DNA of 64,000 bases from Geminicoccaceae bacterium (GCA_007694015.1 RECO01000152.1:7660-71659), one strand, 5' to 3'; positions 54,796 through 63,086 are shown, numbered from the stretch's first letter. A program made the numbers and translations. The notes: a model not told the origin generated them from the sequence alone.

Positions 54796-56313
54796 TCACC
54801 AGGCGTGGAGCTGGCGCAGCAGAGAGGTTTTCTTCTGCTGGTGCTCGGCCATGCGGACCAGGAGGTGGTCGAGGATGCGGAGCGCGCGTTCCAGGTGCGG
54901 CCCCTTGTTCAGCATGACGCACTCGGCGCGGCCGGCCATGGCGGCGTCGGTCATCTCGCCGCGCGAGGGCAGGCCCTTCTTGACCAGGCGCTCCAACACT
55001 TGCGTGGCCCAAATCACCGGGACCTGCGCGGCTTCGCAGAGCCAGAGCAGCTCTTCCTGCATTTCGGCCAGGCGGTCGAATCCGATTTCGACCGCCAGAT
55101 CGCCGCGGGCGATCATCACGGCGAAGGGCTGGGCACCGGCCGCTTGGACGATGATCTCGGGCAGATTCTTGACCGCCAGGGCGGTTTCGATCTTGGCGAC
55201 CAGCCCGAGGCGCTGCCAGTCGTCCGGGCGATGACGGGCGAGTTCGGCCTGGAGGAGCGCCACGTCGCGGCCGGTCTGGACGAAGGAGTAGCCGATCATG
55301 TCGGCATGGGCGCAAGCGAAGGCGAGGTCGGCCTGGTCCTTGGCGGTGAGCGGGGCCAAGGCAAGGCGGGTGCCCGGCAGGTTGACGCCCTTTTCGGGCT
55401 TCATCCTGTAGCCGTTGGCGCCGGCTTCGGTGACGCGCAGCACGAGGTCCTCGCCGTCCGGGCGCTCGACCACGGTGGCGAGCTTGCCGTCGTCGAACCA
55501 GATCTCGGCGCCGGCAGCCACCGGCTCCAGGGCGTCGCCGAGGCTGGTTTGCAACTGCGCCGGCCAGTCGGCCAGCGGGCGGAACTGGCGGCGGACCAGG
55601 AGCAGCACGTCGCCGGTGCGGATGCGACCGAGACCGGGGGCGGTGAGGACAGCCTCGATGCGGGGCTTGGGACCGGCGAGGTCCATCAGCACGCGGCAGC
55701 TTTGGCCGGTCTTGGCCTCGGCGCGGCTGAGGTGCTCCAGCATCGCCGTCCAGGCGGCCGGGCCGTCATGGGCGCAGTTGATGCGGACGACGTCGGCGCC
55801 GGCCCTCAGGCAGCCCTCCAGGAGGTCCGGCTCGGTCGCGGCGTGGCTCGGCAGGGTCACCATGAGCCGGACGCGGCGGGGGCGCTGGGTCGGGCCGAAC
55901 AGCTCGTCGCTCGAGGCTTCGAGGCGGTGTTCGCCGGCGAGGTAGGTGGCGGGCTCGACGAAGGCGCCGGCGGGGACGGGGGCACCGGCGATGGCCGAGA
56001 GGGCGCCGAGCGTGGCGTCGAGGTGGGTCAAGACCCGGCTTTCCAGCCGCCCGAGCGAGGAGAGGCCGTAGGCGCGCAGCGCCGCCTGCAAGGGGCGCAG
56101 GTCGCGGTGGCGGAGTGCCAGGTAGCAGGCGAGGTTGTGGGCGCTGGTGCGAAAGGGCGCCCGCACGACCGAGGGCGCCCAAGCGCGAAAGCGGTCGTCG
56201 CCCTCGGCGGCCACGGCCTGCCGCAGCGCACCCAACTCGCTCAACAACCGCGCCGCGCGCGCCTGCCAAGGTGGCACGCCGGTGGTCTCGGGCGTCATCT
56301 TCCCTCCCAGCAT
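54796..56313 (-). CDS. pyruvate kinase-like protein (barrel and B domain only, with an N-terminal extension)
   Basis: RVRLMVTLP, DVVRINCAHD, MDLAGPKPR, IARGDLAVEI and ECVMLNKG. There is no C-terminal allosteric domain. Confidence 0.7.
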   Translation of the reverse strand: MLGGKMTPETTGVPPWQARAARLLSELGALRQAVAAEGDDRFRAWAPSVVRAPFRTSAHNLACYLALRHRDLRPLQAALRAYGLSSLGRLESRVLTHLDATLGALSAIAGAPVPAGAFVEPATYLAGEHRLEASSDELFGPTQRPRRVRLMVTLPSHAATEPDLLEGCLRAGADVVRINCAHDGPAAWTAMLEHLSRAEAKTGQSCRVLMDLAGPKPRIEAVLTAPGLGRIRTGDVLLLVRRQFRPLADWPAQLQTSLGDALEPVAAGAEIWFDDGKLATVVERPDGEDLVLRVTEAGANGYRMKPEKGVNLPGTRLALAPLTAKDQADLAFACAHADMIGYSFVQTGRDVALLQAELARHRPDDWQRLGLVAKIETALAVKNLPEIIVQAAGAQPFAVMIARGDLAVEIGFDRLAEMQEELLWLCEAAQVPVIWATQVLERLVKKGLPSRGEMTDAAMAGRAECVMLNKGPHLERALRILDHLLVRMAEHQQKKTSLLRQLHAW

Positions 56314-56373
56314 GGCGTGACGGGAGGCTAAGGCCCTTGCGTGACGAAACGATGACGATTGGAGCGCGGCTGG

Positions 56374-56664
56374 TCAGGCGGTTGGGGTGACGCGGGCGAC
56401 CTCGATCTGGTCGGCGCGTTCCATGGCGCGGGCGAGGTCGTAGGCGCTTTGGAGGTGGTACCAGGTGTCGGCGCCGCCGCCGAAGGCCTTGTCGAGGCGG
56501 ATGGCCATTTCTGGCGAGATGCCGGCGCGAGCGTTGACGAGGTCTGACAGTTGCTTCCGGCTGACACCCAGGTGGTTGGCCGCCTCGGCGATGGTCAGGC
56601 CCGCGGGGTCGATACAGTCGTGGCGGACGGAAAGCCCCGGGTGCGGCGGCTGCTTCATCGGCAT
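56374..56664 (-). CDS. higA: HigA-family antitoxin (XRE HTH), no adjacent HigB
   Basis: Internal ATG at 56664 gives [13 protein letters not shown]... The HTH is [40 protein letters not shown]. Confidence 0.8.
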   Translation of the reverse strand: MPMKQPPHPGLSVRHDCIDPAGLTIAEAANHLGVSRKQLSDLVNARAGISPEMAIRLDKAFGGGADTWYHLQSAYDLARAMERADQIEVARVTPTA

Positions 56665-56675
56665 GGGCAACCTGT

Positions 56676-56966
56676 TCAGCGCAGCGGTCGCGCGCCGGCC
56701 AGCCGGCCGACGCGGCGGTCGAAGGTGACGAGATGGGTGCAGCCTTAGCGCCGTGAGGCTGCGACGATCATGAGGTCGGCGAAGTCGGCGATGCCGGCTC
56801 GGTAGGCGCGGGCAAGGACCCAAGCGAGTTCGACGAGCGTCTCGCGCGCCACGAAGCCGCGCGTTTCTGCGGTGAGCGATGCGAAGAGGTCGCGCGCAAG
56901 CGGCGCCTGGGTGGGGTCGTCGTCGACGAAGAAGCGGACGATGACATTGATGTCGAGGCCGATCAT
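56676..56966 (-). pseudogene. vapC: vapC (PIN-domain toxin) pseudogene: in-frame TAA plus an apparent internal deletion
   Basis: [18 protein letters not shown]...[25 protein letters not shown], then TAA (56745-56747), then in the same frame [22 protein letters not shown] up to the TGA at 56676. The PIN 'TFD' C-terminal acidic motif lies after the premature stop. Confidence 0.7.
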
Positions 56967-57208
56967 CCCAGGCGCGAACGTTCGGTTGCGGCCGCGGCGA
57001 TGGCTTCGTCCATGTCCTCCAGCGAGACGGGTGGCCCTGCGTGCCGAAGGCTGCCGGCGAGCCGCATCACGGGCTGCACCTTGATCAAGCGCACCCCTTC
57101 GGGCGTGACGACATAGCGGACCCTGTCACCGGGCCCGAGGCCGAGCGCATCGCGGACGGCGCGGGGAAGTGTGGTCTGTCCCTTACTCGTCACGGTCGAT
57201 TGGAACAT
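56963..57208 (-). CDS. vapB: AbrB/MazE/SpoVT-family antitoxin (VapB-type)
   Basis: [29 protein letters not shown]. 4-nt overlap with the vapC remnant. Confidence 0.8.
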   Translation of the reverse strand: MFQSTVTSKGQTTLPRAVRDALGLGPGDRVRYVVTPEGVRLIKVQPVMRLAGSLRHAGPPVSLEDMDEAIAAAATERSRLG

Positions 57209-57289
57209 CGCGCACCCTCACCTTGCTTTCTCAAACATAGCAAGGCCGGGACAACAACGTAAGGCGCGGACGCCAAGCCCTCCAGTTTC

Positions 57290-57338
57290 GGGGGCGCGGG
57301 GGCGAGCCCCCGCGTGCCTTGCTTCCTTACTTTCCTGC
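57290..57338 (+). repeat. GC-hairpin/polypyrimidine-tail element, copy 5
   Basis: G-run, then hairpin CGCGGGGG-CGAG-CCCCCGCG at 57295-57314. The tail TGCCTTGCTTCCTTACTTTCCTGCC ends at the BKACE stop (57339). Confidence 0.65.
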
Positions 57339-58271
57339 CTAGAACCCGACCTGGTCGGCGCCTTTGAGGCTTAGGATGTCGCGGGCTTGGTCGGGGGTGG
57401 CGATGGTGCGGCCGAGGCCTTCGAGGATTTGGCGCACACGACGGACCTGGTCGGCGTTGGTGGTGGCGAGCTTGCCGGGGCCGTCCCACAAGCTGTCTTC
57501 GAGGCCGACCCTGACGTTGGCGCCCATGGCACCGGCGATGGCGGCCACCACCATCTGGTTCCTGCCGGCGCCGAGGACGGACCAGCGATAGGCGGTGCCG
57601 AACAGGCGGTCGGCGGTGCGCTTCATGTGCGCCACGTCTTCCGGGTGGGCGCCGATGCCGCCGAGGATGCCGAAGACGCTTTGGACGAACAGCGGCGGTT
57701 CGACCAGGCCGCGGTCGAGGAAGTGGGCGAGGGTGTAGAGGTGGCCGATGTCGTAGCACTCGAACTCGAAGCGGGTGTCGTTGGCGCGGCAGCTGGTCAG
57801 CACGTATTCGATGTCGGCGAAGGTGTTCTTGAAGATGCGGTCCTTGCTGCCTTCGAGGTAGGGCCGCTCCCAGTCGTGCTGGAAGTCCTTGAAGCGGTTG
57901 AGCATGGGATAGAGGCCGAAGTTCATCGAGCCCATGTTCAAGGACGCGACTTCGGGCTTGAGCTTGGATGCCGGGCCAGCGCGCTCATCGACCGTCATCG
58001 TCGCGGCCCCACCGGTGGTGAGGTTGAGCACGGCAGCGCTGCGCTGCTTGATGCGCGGCAGGAACTGCATGAAGGCGTCGATGGACTGGTCGGGAGCACC
58101 GGTCTTTTGATCGCGGGCGTGCAGGTGGATGACGGCGGCGCCGGCCTCGGCGGCACCGACGGCGGCCTCGACGATCTGGTCGGCGGTGATCGGCAGGTGC
58201 GGCGACATCGAGGGGGTGTGGATCGAGCCGGTGACGGCGCAGGTGATGATGACGGGATCGGTATGGGCCAT
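57339..58271 (-). CDS. 3-keto-5-aminohexanoate cleavage enzyme family (BKACE/DUF849)
   Basis: PVIITCAVTGSIHTPSMSPHLPIT, AVIHLHARD, and family length of about 310 aa. Confidence 0.9.
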   Translation of the reverse strand: MAHTDPVIITCAVTGSIHTPSMSPHLPITADQIVEAAVGAAEAGAAVIHLHARDQKTGAPDQSIDAFMQFLPRIKQRSAAVLNLTTGGAATMTVDERAGPASKLKPEVASLNMGSMNFGLYPMLNRFKDFQHDWERPYLEGSKDRIFKNTFADIEYVLTSCRANDTRFEFECYDIGHLYTLAHFLDRGLVEPPLFVQSVFGILGGIGAHPEDVAHMKRTADRLFGTAYRWSVLGAGRNQMVVAAIAGAMGANVRVGLEDSLWDGPGKLATTNADQVRRVRQILEGLGRTIATPDQARDILSLKGADQVGF

Positions 58272-58283
58272 GGGAGCGTTCCT

Positions 58284-59231
58284 TCAGTCGCCGAGGTCGG
58301 TTTGGGTGCGTTTCTTGTGGGCCAAGAGGGCCATCAGGCGGCGGTCGCGCCAGCGCGTGCGCTCGGGCAGTTCGGCCGTGGGCAGCTGCGCGCGGCGGGT
58401 GGCCTCGATGCGCTCGAGGGCAGCGCCCGCCCAGTCGGCCCGCCACTGCATTTGCGGGAACAGCATCTCACCGATGCCCTGGTAGCGCTGGACGTAGTCC
58501 CGCACACCGCCCGGCGCGTTGAGGTCGATGGTCTCGAACGGCCCCATGAAGGCCCAGCGCAGCGCCAAGCCGTCCTTCACGGCAACGTCGATGGCATCGG
58601 CGTCGCACACGCCTTGCTCGACGAGACGGAACGCCTCCTCGAGCAGCGCCATCTGCAGGCGGTTGACGACGAAGGCTTCGATTTCGCGTTCCAGCCGAAT
58701 CGGGGCCTGGCCGATCGACGTCATGATGGCTTCGGCAAGCTCGACCGTGGCGGGCACGGTCCAGGGCGTGGGCACCAGTTCCACGGCCGGGATCAGATGC
58801 GGCGGGTTCAGGGGGTGGGCAACGAGGCAGCGCCCGCGGCCCTCCAGCTTTTCGGTGAAGCGCGACGCCGGGATGGCCGAGGTCGAACTGGCGAGCACCG
58901 CGTCGATTGGGGCGAACCGGTCGAGGTCGGCCCAAAGCGCGAGCTTCACGTCCAGACGTTCGGGGGCACTCTCCTGGACGTAGGCGACGCCCTGGACCGC
59001 TTCTTGGAGCGTGGCAGGGCAGGTGACGTCGAGCGCGGGTATCTGATCGAGCAGGCCGGCGGTGTGGAGGTCGGCTAGGGCCTCGGGCAGCCAGATGCTG
59101 GCCGCTACCGCCGCGCCCTCGGTCGGGTCCCACAGACGCACGCTCCAGCCGGCGCGGGCGAAGGCGGCGGCCCAGGCGCGGCCGATCAGGCCGGTGCCGA
59201 CGATGGCGACGATCTTGGCGTTGTTGGTCAT
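58284..59231 (-). CDS. 3-hydroxyacyl-CoA dehydrogenase family protein (L-carnitine dehydrogenase-like)
   Basis: Internal start MTNNAKIVAIVGTGLIGRAWA (Rossmann fold), then HPLNPPHLIPAVELV and GPFETIDLN. Confidence 0.85.
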   Translation of the reverse strand: MTNNAKIVAIVGTGLIGRAWAAAFARAGWSVRLWDPTEGAAVAASIWLPEALADLHTAGLLDQIPALDVTCPATLQEAVQGVAYVQESAPERLDVKLALWADLDRFAPIDAVLASSTSAIPASRFTEKLEGRGRCLVAHPLNPPHLIPAVELVPTPWTVPATVELAEAIMTSIGQAPIRLEREIEAFVVNRLQMALLEEAFRLVEQGVCDADAIDVAVKDGLALRWAFMGPFETIDLNAPGGVRDYVQRYQGIGEMLFPQMQWRADWAGAALERIEATRRAQLPTAELPERTRWRDRRLMALLAHKKRTQTDLGD

Positions 59232-60040
59232 AGCGCGAACACGTGGCCGCAGACGCTGATCGGCTGACCGGCGATGTGGTGGCCCAAGGGCGAGCAGAGG
59301 ACGATGGCCATGTTGGCGACGTCCTGGCCGGTCACCATCCCCCCCAGCGCCACCTTGGCGAGGCCTTGCGCCTTGGCCTCTTCGGGGGTGATGCCGAGGG
59401 CCTGGGCGCGGCCTTGGAACACGCGCTCGATGCGCGGCCCCTCGACCACCCCCGGCAACAGCGCGTTCACCCGAATACCGCGTGGCCCGAGCTCCAAGGA
59501 CAAGCTCTCGGTCAGCCCCACCACACCCCATTTCGAGGCCGCATAAGGCGTGCGGTAGGGAAAGCCGAGCCGGCCGGCGACCGAGGCGAGGTTGGTGATC
59601 CAGGCGGCCCCATGCGCCGCTGCTGCCGCCTTCAACGACGGCACCGCGTGGCGGGTGTGGTGGAACATGCCATCGAGGTTGATGGCGATGGTGCGCTGCC
59701 AGTCCTCGGGTGTAATCGCCTCGATCGGTGCCGTCGGCCCGGCAATCCCAGCGTTGTTCACCAGGACATCCAAACCGCCGAGCCGGTCGATCGCCTCGCC
59801 CATGAAGCGCTCGACCGCCGCCCCATCACCGGCATCGGCGTGCAGCGCCCCATGTTCGGGATGGGCACTCCGAAAGCCGCTGAGCGCCGCCTCGTCGACG
59901 TCCGAAACGACGACCTTGGCACCATGCGCGATGAAAGCGTCGGCAATGGCACGACCGATCCCGGCCGCGCCGGCACTGACGACGACACGCAAACCCGGCC
60001 GCACGCCAGGTACGATGAGTGGGGCCGCTATCTCGGCCAT
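59228..60040 (-). CDS. SDR family oxidoreductase
   Basis: Internal start MAEIAAPLIV..., then VVVSAGAAGIGRA, NNAG and YAASK. 4-nt overlap with the downstream gene. Confidence 0.9.
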   Translation of the reverse strand: MAEIAAPLIVPGVRPGLRVVVSAGAAGIGRAIADAFIAHGAKVVVSDVDEAALSGFRSAHPEHGALHADAGDGAAVERFMGEAIDRLGGLDVLVNNAGIAGPTAPIEAITPEDWQRTIAINLDGMFHHTRHAVPSLKAAAAAHGAAWITNLASVAGRLGFPYRTPYAASKWGVVGLTESLSLELGPRGIRVNALLPGVVEGPRIERVFQGRAQALGITPEEAKAQGLAKVALGGMVTGQDVANMAIVLCSPLGHHIAGQPISVCGHVFAL

Positions 60041-60078
60041 GTCTTTAGCCTCCCTGATACGGGCGCGGCACGGCGGCC

Positions 60079-60250
60079 GGAAGGGAAGGAAGGAAAGAAA
60101 GGGACTAGGGGGCTTTTGGCCCCCTAGGACCCCCGAGGCGACGGCTGCGCCGCCGCCACATTTGAAATGTGGCAGCGGCAGCGCCGCTGCCTGGGGGGTT
60201 TTAGGGGGGACCATCAAGTCCCCCCTTTCCCTTTCTTTCCTTCCTTCCCT
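60079..60250. repeat. composite palindrome: two GC-hairpin/polypyrimidine-tail elements head to head (copies 6 and 7)
   Basis: The left purine tract, within 60079-60104, is the reverse complement of the right tail TCCCTTTCTTTCCTTCCTTCCCT at 60228-60250 (23 nt, perfect). Hairpins lie at 60105-60127 (CTAGGGGGC...GCCCCCTAG), 60171-60191 and 60204-60225. The central palindrome is CCACATTT-G-AAATGTGG at 60156-60172. Confidence 0.85.
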
Positions 60251-60335
60251 GCCGTCGCCGCAGCCTCGGCCCATTCGGTCGAGGTTGCGGTGCTCGGGGG
60301 CTGGGCGCAAGAGGTTCTGTCGGATCGAGGAGGGG

Positions 60336-61259
60336 ATGATGGCGACCAGCGAGACGTCGACGCACGATGCCGAGGCGGACGAGCGCAACGAGCGGCTGTT
60401 GCTTTACGTGAACGGGCGGATCGTGCCGAAGGCGGAGGCGGTGGTTTCGGTCTACGATGCCGGGTTCATGCTGGGGGATGGGGTCTGGGAAGGGCTCCGG
60501 CTTCATGACGGGCGCTGGGCGTTCCTGGGCGAGCATTTGGATCGGCTGTTCGAAGCGGCGAAGGCGATCGACCTCGAGATCGGCATGACGCGGGCGCAGT
60601 TGGTCGAAGCGTTGGATGCGACGGCCGAGGCGAACGGGATGCGGGAGAACGTGCATGCGCGGTTGATGGTGACGCGCGGCAAGAAGGCGAAGCCGTTTCA
60701 GGACCCGCGGCTCAGCAAGGAAGGGCCGACGGTGGTCATCATCATGGAGTGGAGCAAGCCGAGTGCGGCGACGTTCCAGCGCGGCATCCATCTGTTCACC
60801 GTGCCGATCTTTCGTGGCTTGCCGGTGACGCAGGACCCGAAGCTGAACTCGCATTCGAAGCTGAACTGCATTCTCGCGGGCATCCATGCGCAGAAGGCGG
60901 GGGCCGACGAGGCCTTGATGCTGGACCCGCACGGTTTCGTGAACACGACCAACAGCTGCAATTTCTTCATCGTGCGGCGGGGCGAGGTTTGGACCTCGAC
61001 CGGCGACTATTGCATGAACGGGATCACGCGGAAGAAGGTGATCGAGCTGTGCCGGACGCAGGGCATTCCGGTGTTCGAGCGCAACTTCTCGCTGGTGGAG
61101 ACCTACGACGCGGAGGAGGCCTTCATCACCGGCACCTTCGGCGCGCAGACGCCCGTCTCGATGATCGACGGCCGGCCGATCGGCGACGGCGGGCCGGGGC
61201 CGGTGACGCGGCGGATCAGGGACCTCTACATGCGGCTCGTGCGGGCAGCCGTGGCATGA
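60336..61259 (+). CDS. class IV aminotransferase (branched-chain/D-amino-acid type)
   Basis: Start MMATSETS... Then YDAGFMLGDGVWEGLR, LMVTRG, KLNSHSKLNCILA and EAFITGTFG. Confidence 0.9.
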   Translation: MMATSETSTHDAEADERNERLLLYVNGRIVPKAEAVVSVYDAGFMLGDGVWEGLRLHDGRWAFLGEHLDRLFEAAKAIDLEIGMTRAQLVEALDATAEANGMRENVHARLMVTRGKKAKPFQDPRLSKEGPTVVIIMEWSKPSAATFQRGIHLFTVPIFRGLPVTQDPKLNSHSKLNCILAGIHAQKAGADEALMLDPHGFVNTTNSCNFFIVRRGEVWTSTGDYCMNGITRKKVIELCRTQGIPVFERNFSLVETYDAEEAFITGTFGAQTPVSMIDGRPIGDGGPGPVTRRIRDLYMRLVRAAVA

Positions 61260-61987
61260 GCGTGCGGATCGCCATGTGGTCGGGGCCGCGCAACCTTTCG
61301 ACGGCGATGATGCGCAGCTTCGAGAACCGGGCCGATTGCGTGGTGTGGGACGAGCCGTTCTACGCGCCCTATCTGCTCCTGACCGGGATCGACCACCCGC
61401 TGCGCGCGGCGACATTGGCGGCGTGGGAGAACGACGCGGCGGTGGTGGCCGAGCGGTGCATCGGGCCGATCCCCGAGGGTGCGGCCGTCTTTTATCAAAA
61501 GCACATGACCCACCACATGGTGGACGGCGTGCCGCTCGACTGGATGGACCACGTCACCAACGCCTTTCTGATCCGCCGGCCGGAGGCGGTGGTGGCGAGC
61601 TACGAGGCGAAGCGGGCCGAGTTGACGCTGGCCGACCTCGGCTTTTGGGAGCAGCGGCGGCTGTTCGAGCGGGTGGCGGATCGGTTGGGGGCAGCACCGC
61701 CGGTGGTCGATGCGGATGACGTGCGGCGGGCCCCGGAGGCGACCTTGCGGGCGTTGTGCGCAGCACTCGGCATCGCCTTCGATGCGGCGATGCTGGCTTG
61801 GCCTTCGGGGCCGCGCGCCAGCGACGGGCCTTGGGCGGCGCACTGGTACGACAGCGTGCAGCGCTCCACCGGCTTCACGCCACCGGACCCGCCGAAGCAG
61901 CTGAGTGCCGAGCGGCAGCGCCTCGCCGACGACGCGCTGCCGCATTACGAGGCGCTGGCGGCCTTCGCGCTCAAAGGGCGCGAATGA
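61256..61987 (+). CDS. sulfotransferase-like P-loop protein (function uncertain)
   Basis: ATGA overlap with the aminotransferase stop. IAMWSGPRNLSTAMMRSF resembles a sulfotransferase 5'-PSB loop. The family call is from memory only. Confidence 0.5.
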   Translation: MSVRIAMWSGPRNLSTAMMRSFENRADCVVWDEPFYAPYLLLTGIDHPLRAATLAAWENDAAVVAERCIGPIPEGAAVFYQKHMTHHMVDGVPLDWMDHVTNAFLIRRPEAVVASYEAKRAELTLADLGFWEQRRLFERVADRLGAAPPVVDADDVRRAPEATLRALCAALGIAFDAAMLAWPSGPRASDGPWAAHWYDSVQRSTGFTPPDPPKQLSAERQRLADDALPHYEALAAFALKGRE

Positions 61988-62753
61988 GGCCGCCGTCGAC
62001 GCGGATGGCGCTGCCGGTGAGGTAGCTTGCCTGGGCGGAGCAGAGAAAGGCGCCGACCGCGCCGAACTCCTCGATGGTGCCGTAGCGGCCGACCGGGATG
62101 GTCGCGACCGATGCCTGACGGACGGCTTCCGGCGTGGTGCCCTGGCGCTTCGCCGCCGCCGCGTCGAGGGCGTCGACCCGCTCGGTCTGGATGCGGCCGG
62201 GGACGATCATGTTGCAGGTGACGCCCTTGGCCGCGATCTCGCCGGCGAGTGTCTTGTTCCAGGCGATGAGCCCGGCGCGCAGGCTGTTGGAGAGGGCCAT
62301 GGTAGGCAATGGGGCCAAGGCTGCCGACGAGCTGACGGTCAAGAGCCGCCCCCAGCCGCGTTCGCACATGGCCGGCACGGTGCGGTTGGCGGCGTGGACG
62401 AGATTGGCCACCATGCGCTCGAACCAGAGCGCCCAGCCGGCGGCGTCGATCTCGAGCGCCGGGGCGGGCGGCGGGCCGCCGCCGTTCAAGACCAGGACGT
62501 CGATGCCGCCGAGCGTGGTCTCGGCGTGGTCCAAGAGCGTATCGACGCCCGAACGTTCGTAGAGATCGACCGAAAAGCCCTGCACGCGACCGCCACTTGC
62601 GCCAGCAATCTCGGCGGCAGCTCCTTCGGCATCGTTGCGGCCAGCGACCATCACCACGGCACCTTCGCCGGCCAAGGCCTGGGCGATCCCTCGCCCGAGG
62701 CCGCGCGTGCCGGCAAAAACGACCGCGCGTTTACCCGTGAGCCCCAAATCCAT
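61971..62753 (-). CDS. SDR family oxidoreductase
   Basis: Internal start MDLGLTGKRAVVFAGTRGLGRG, then NGGGPP, and an SDR C-terminus LTGSAIRVDGG. Confidence 0.9.
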   Translation of the reverse strand: MDLGLTGKRAVVFAGTRGLGRGIAQALAGEGAVVMVAGRNDAEGAAAEIAGASGGRVQGFSVDLYERSGVDTLLDHAETTLGGIDVLVLNGGGPPPAPALEIDAAGWALWFERMVANLVHAANRTVPAMCERGWGRLLTVSSSAALAPLPTMALSNSLRAGLIAWNKTLAGEIAAKGVTCNMIVPGRIQTERVDALDAAAAKRQGTTPEAVRQASVATIPVGRYGTIEEFGAVGAFLCSAQASYLTGSAIRVDGGLIRAL

Positions 62754-62851
62754 CGCCGTTCCCCCCTGTGTGGTGTCGACGGCGGTGCCTAAGCGAAACG
62801 GGGTCCGCCGTCGATGGCTTGGCGGCGAAACCGCACCTTTTCCGGCACGGC

Positions 62852-63086
62852 AAAATGCCCACAAACCCTTGATAACGCATCAGAAAACGCCGTTTTGGGT
62901 TCGTTTTGTCCTGCGGGTTTTCAAGCCCGTTGCCCGCCCCGCCGACCATCACCCCCTCATTCTACCCCACTTAGGCCCGATGTCCTATACCAGAGGCCCT
63001 CAACGTGGCCGCGGCAACGCCGCGGCTCGGGGGTCCTAGGGGGCCAAAAGCCCCCTAGAATACTTCTCGTCCTCTTCCTCTTTTCC
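62852..63086 (+). repeat. about 235-nt intergenic module ending in GC-hairpin/polypyrimidine-tail element copy 8; candidate ncRNA or MITE
   Basis: Block 62852-62910 (AAAATGCCCACAAACCCTTGATAACGCATCAGAAAACGCCGTTTTGGGTTCGTTTTGTC) resembles the reverse complement of 6364-6424. The 3' end has hairpins at 63008-63026 and 63036-63058, plus a C/T tail running to the degP stop. Confidence 0.6.

Noticed and set aside
56665-56750. Expected higB toxin gene upstream of higA
   Set aside because: The interval is only about 85 nt and is occupied by the post-stop tail of the vapC pseudogene ([11 protein letters not shown]...). No RelE/HigB-like ORF fits.
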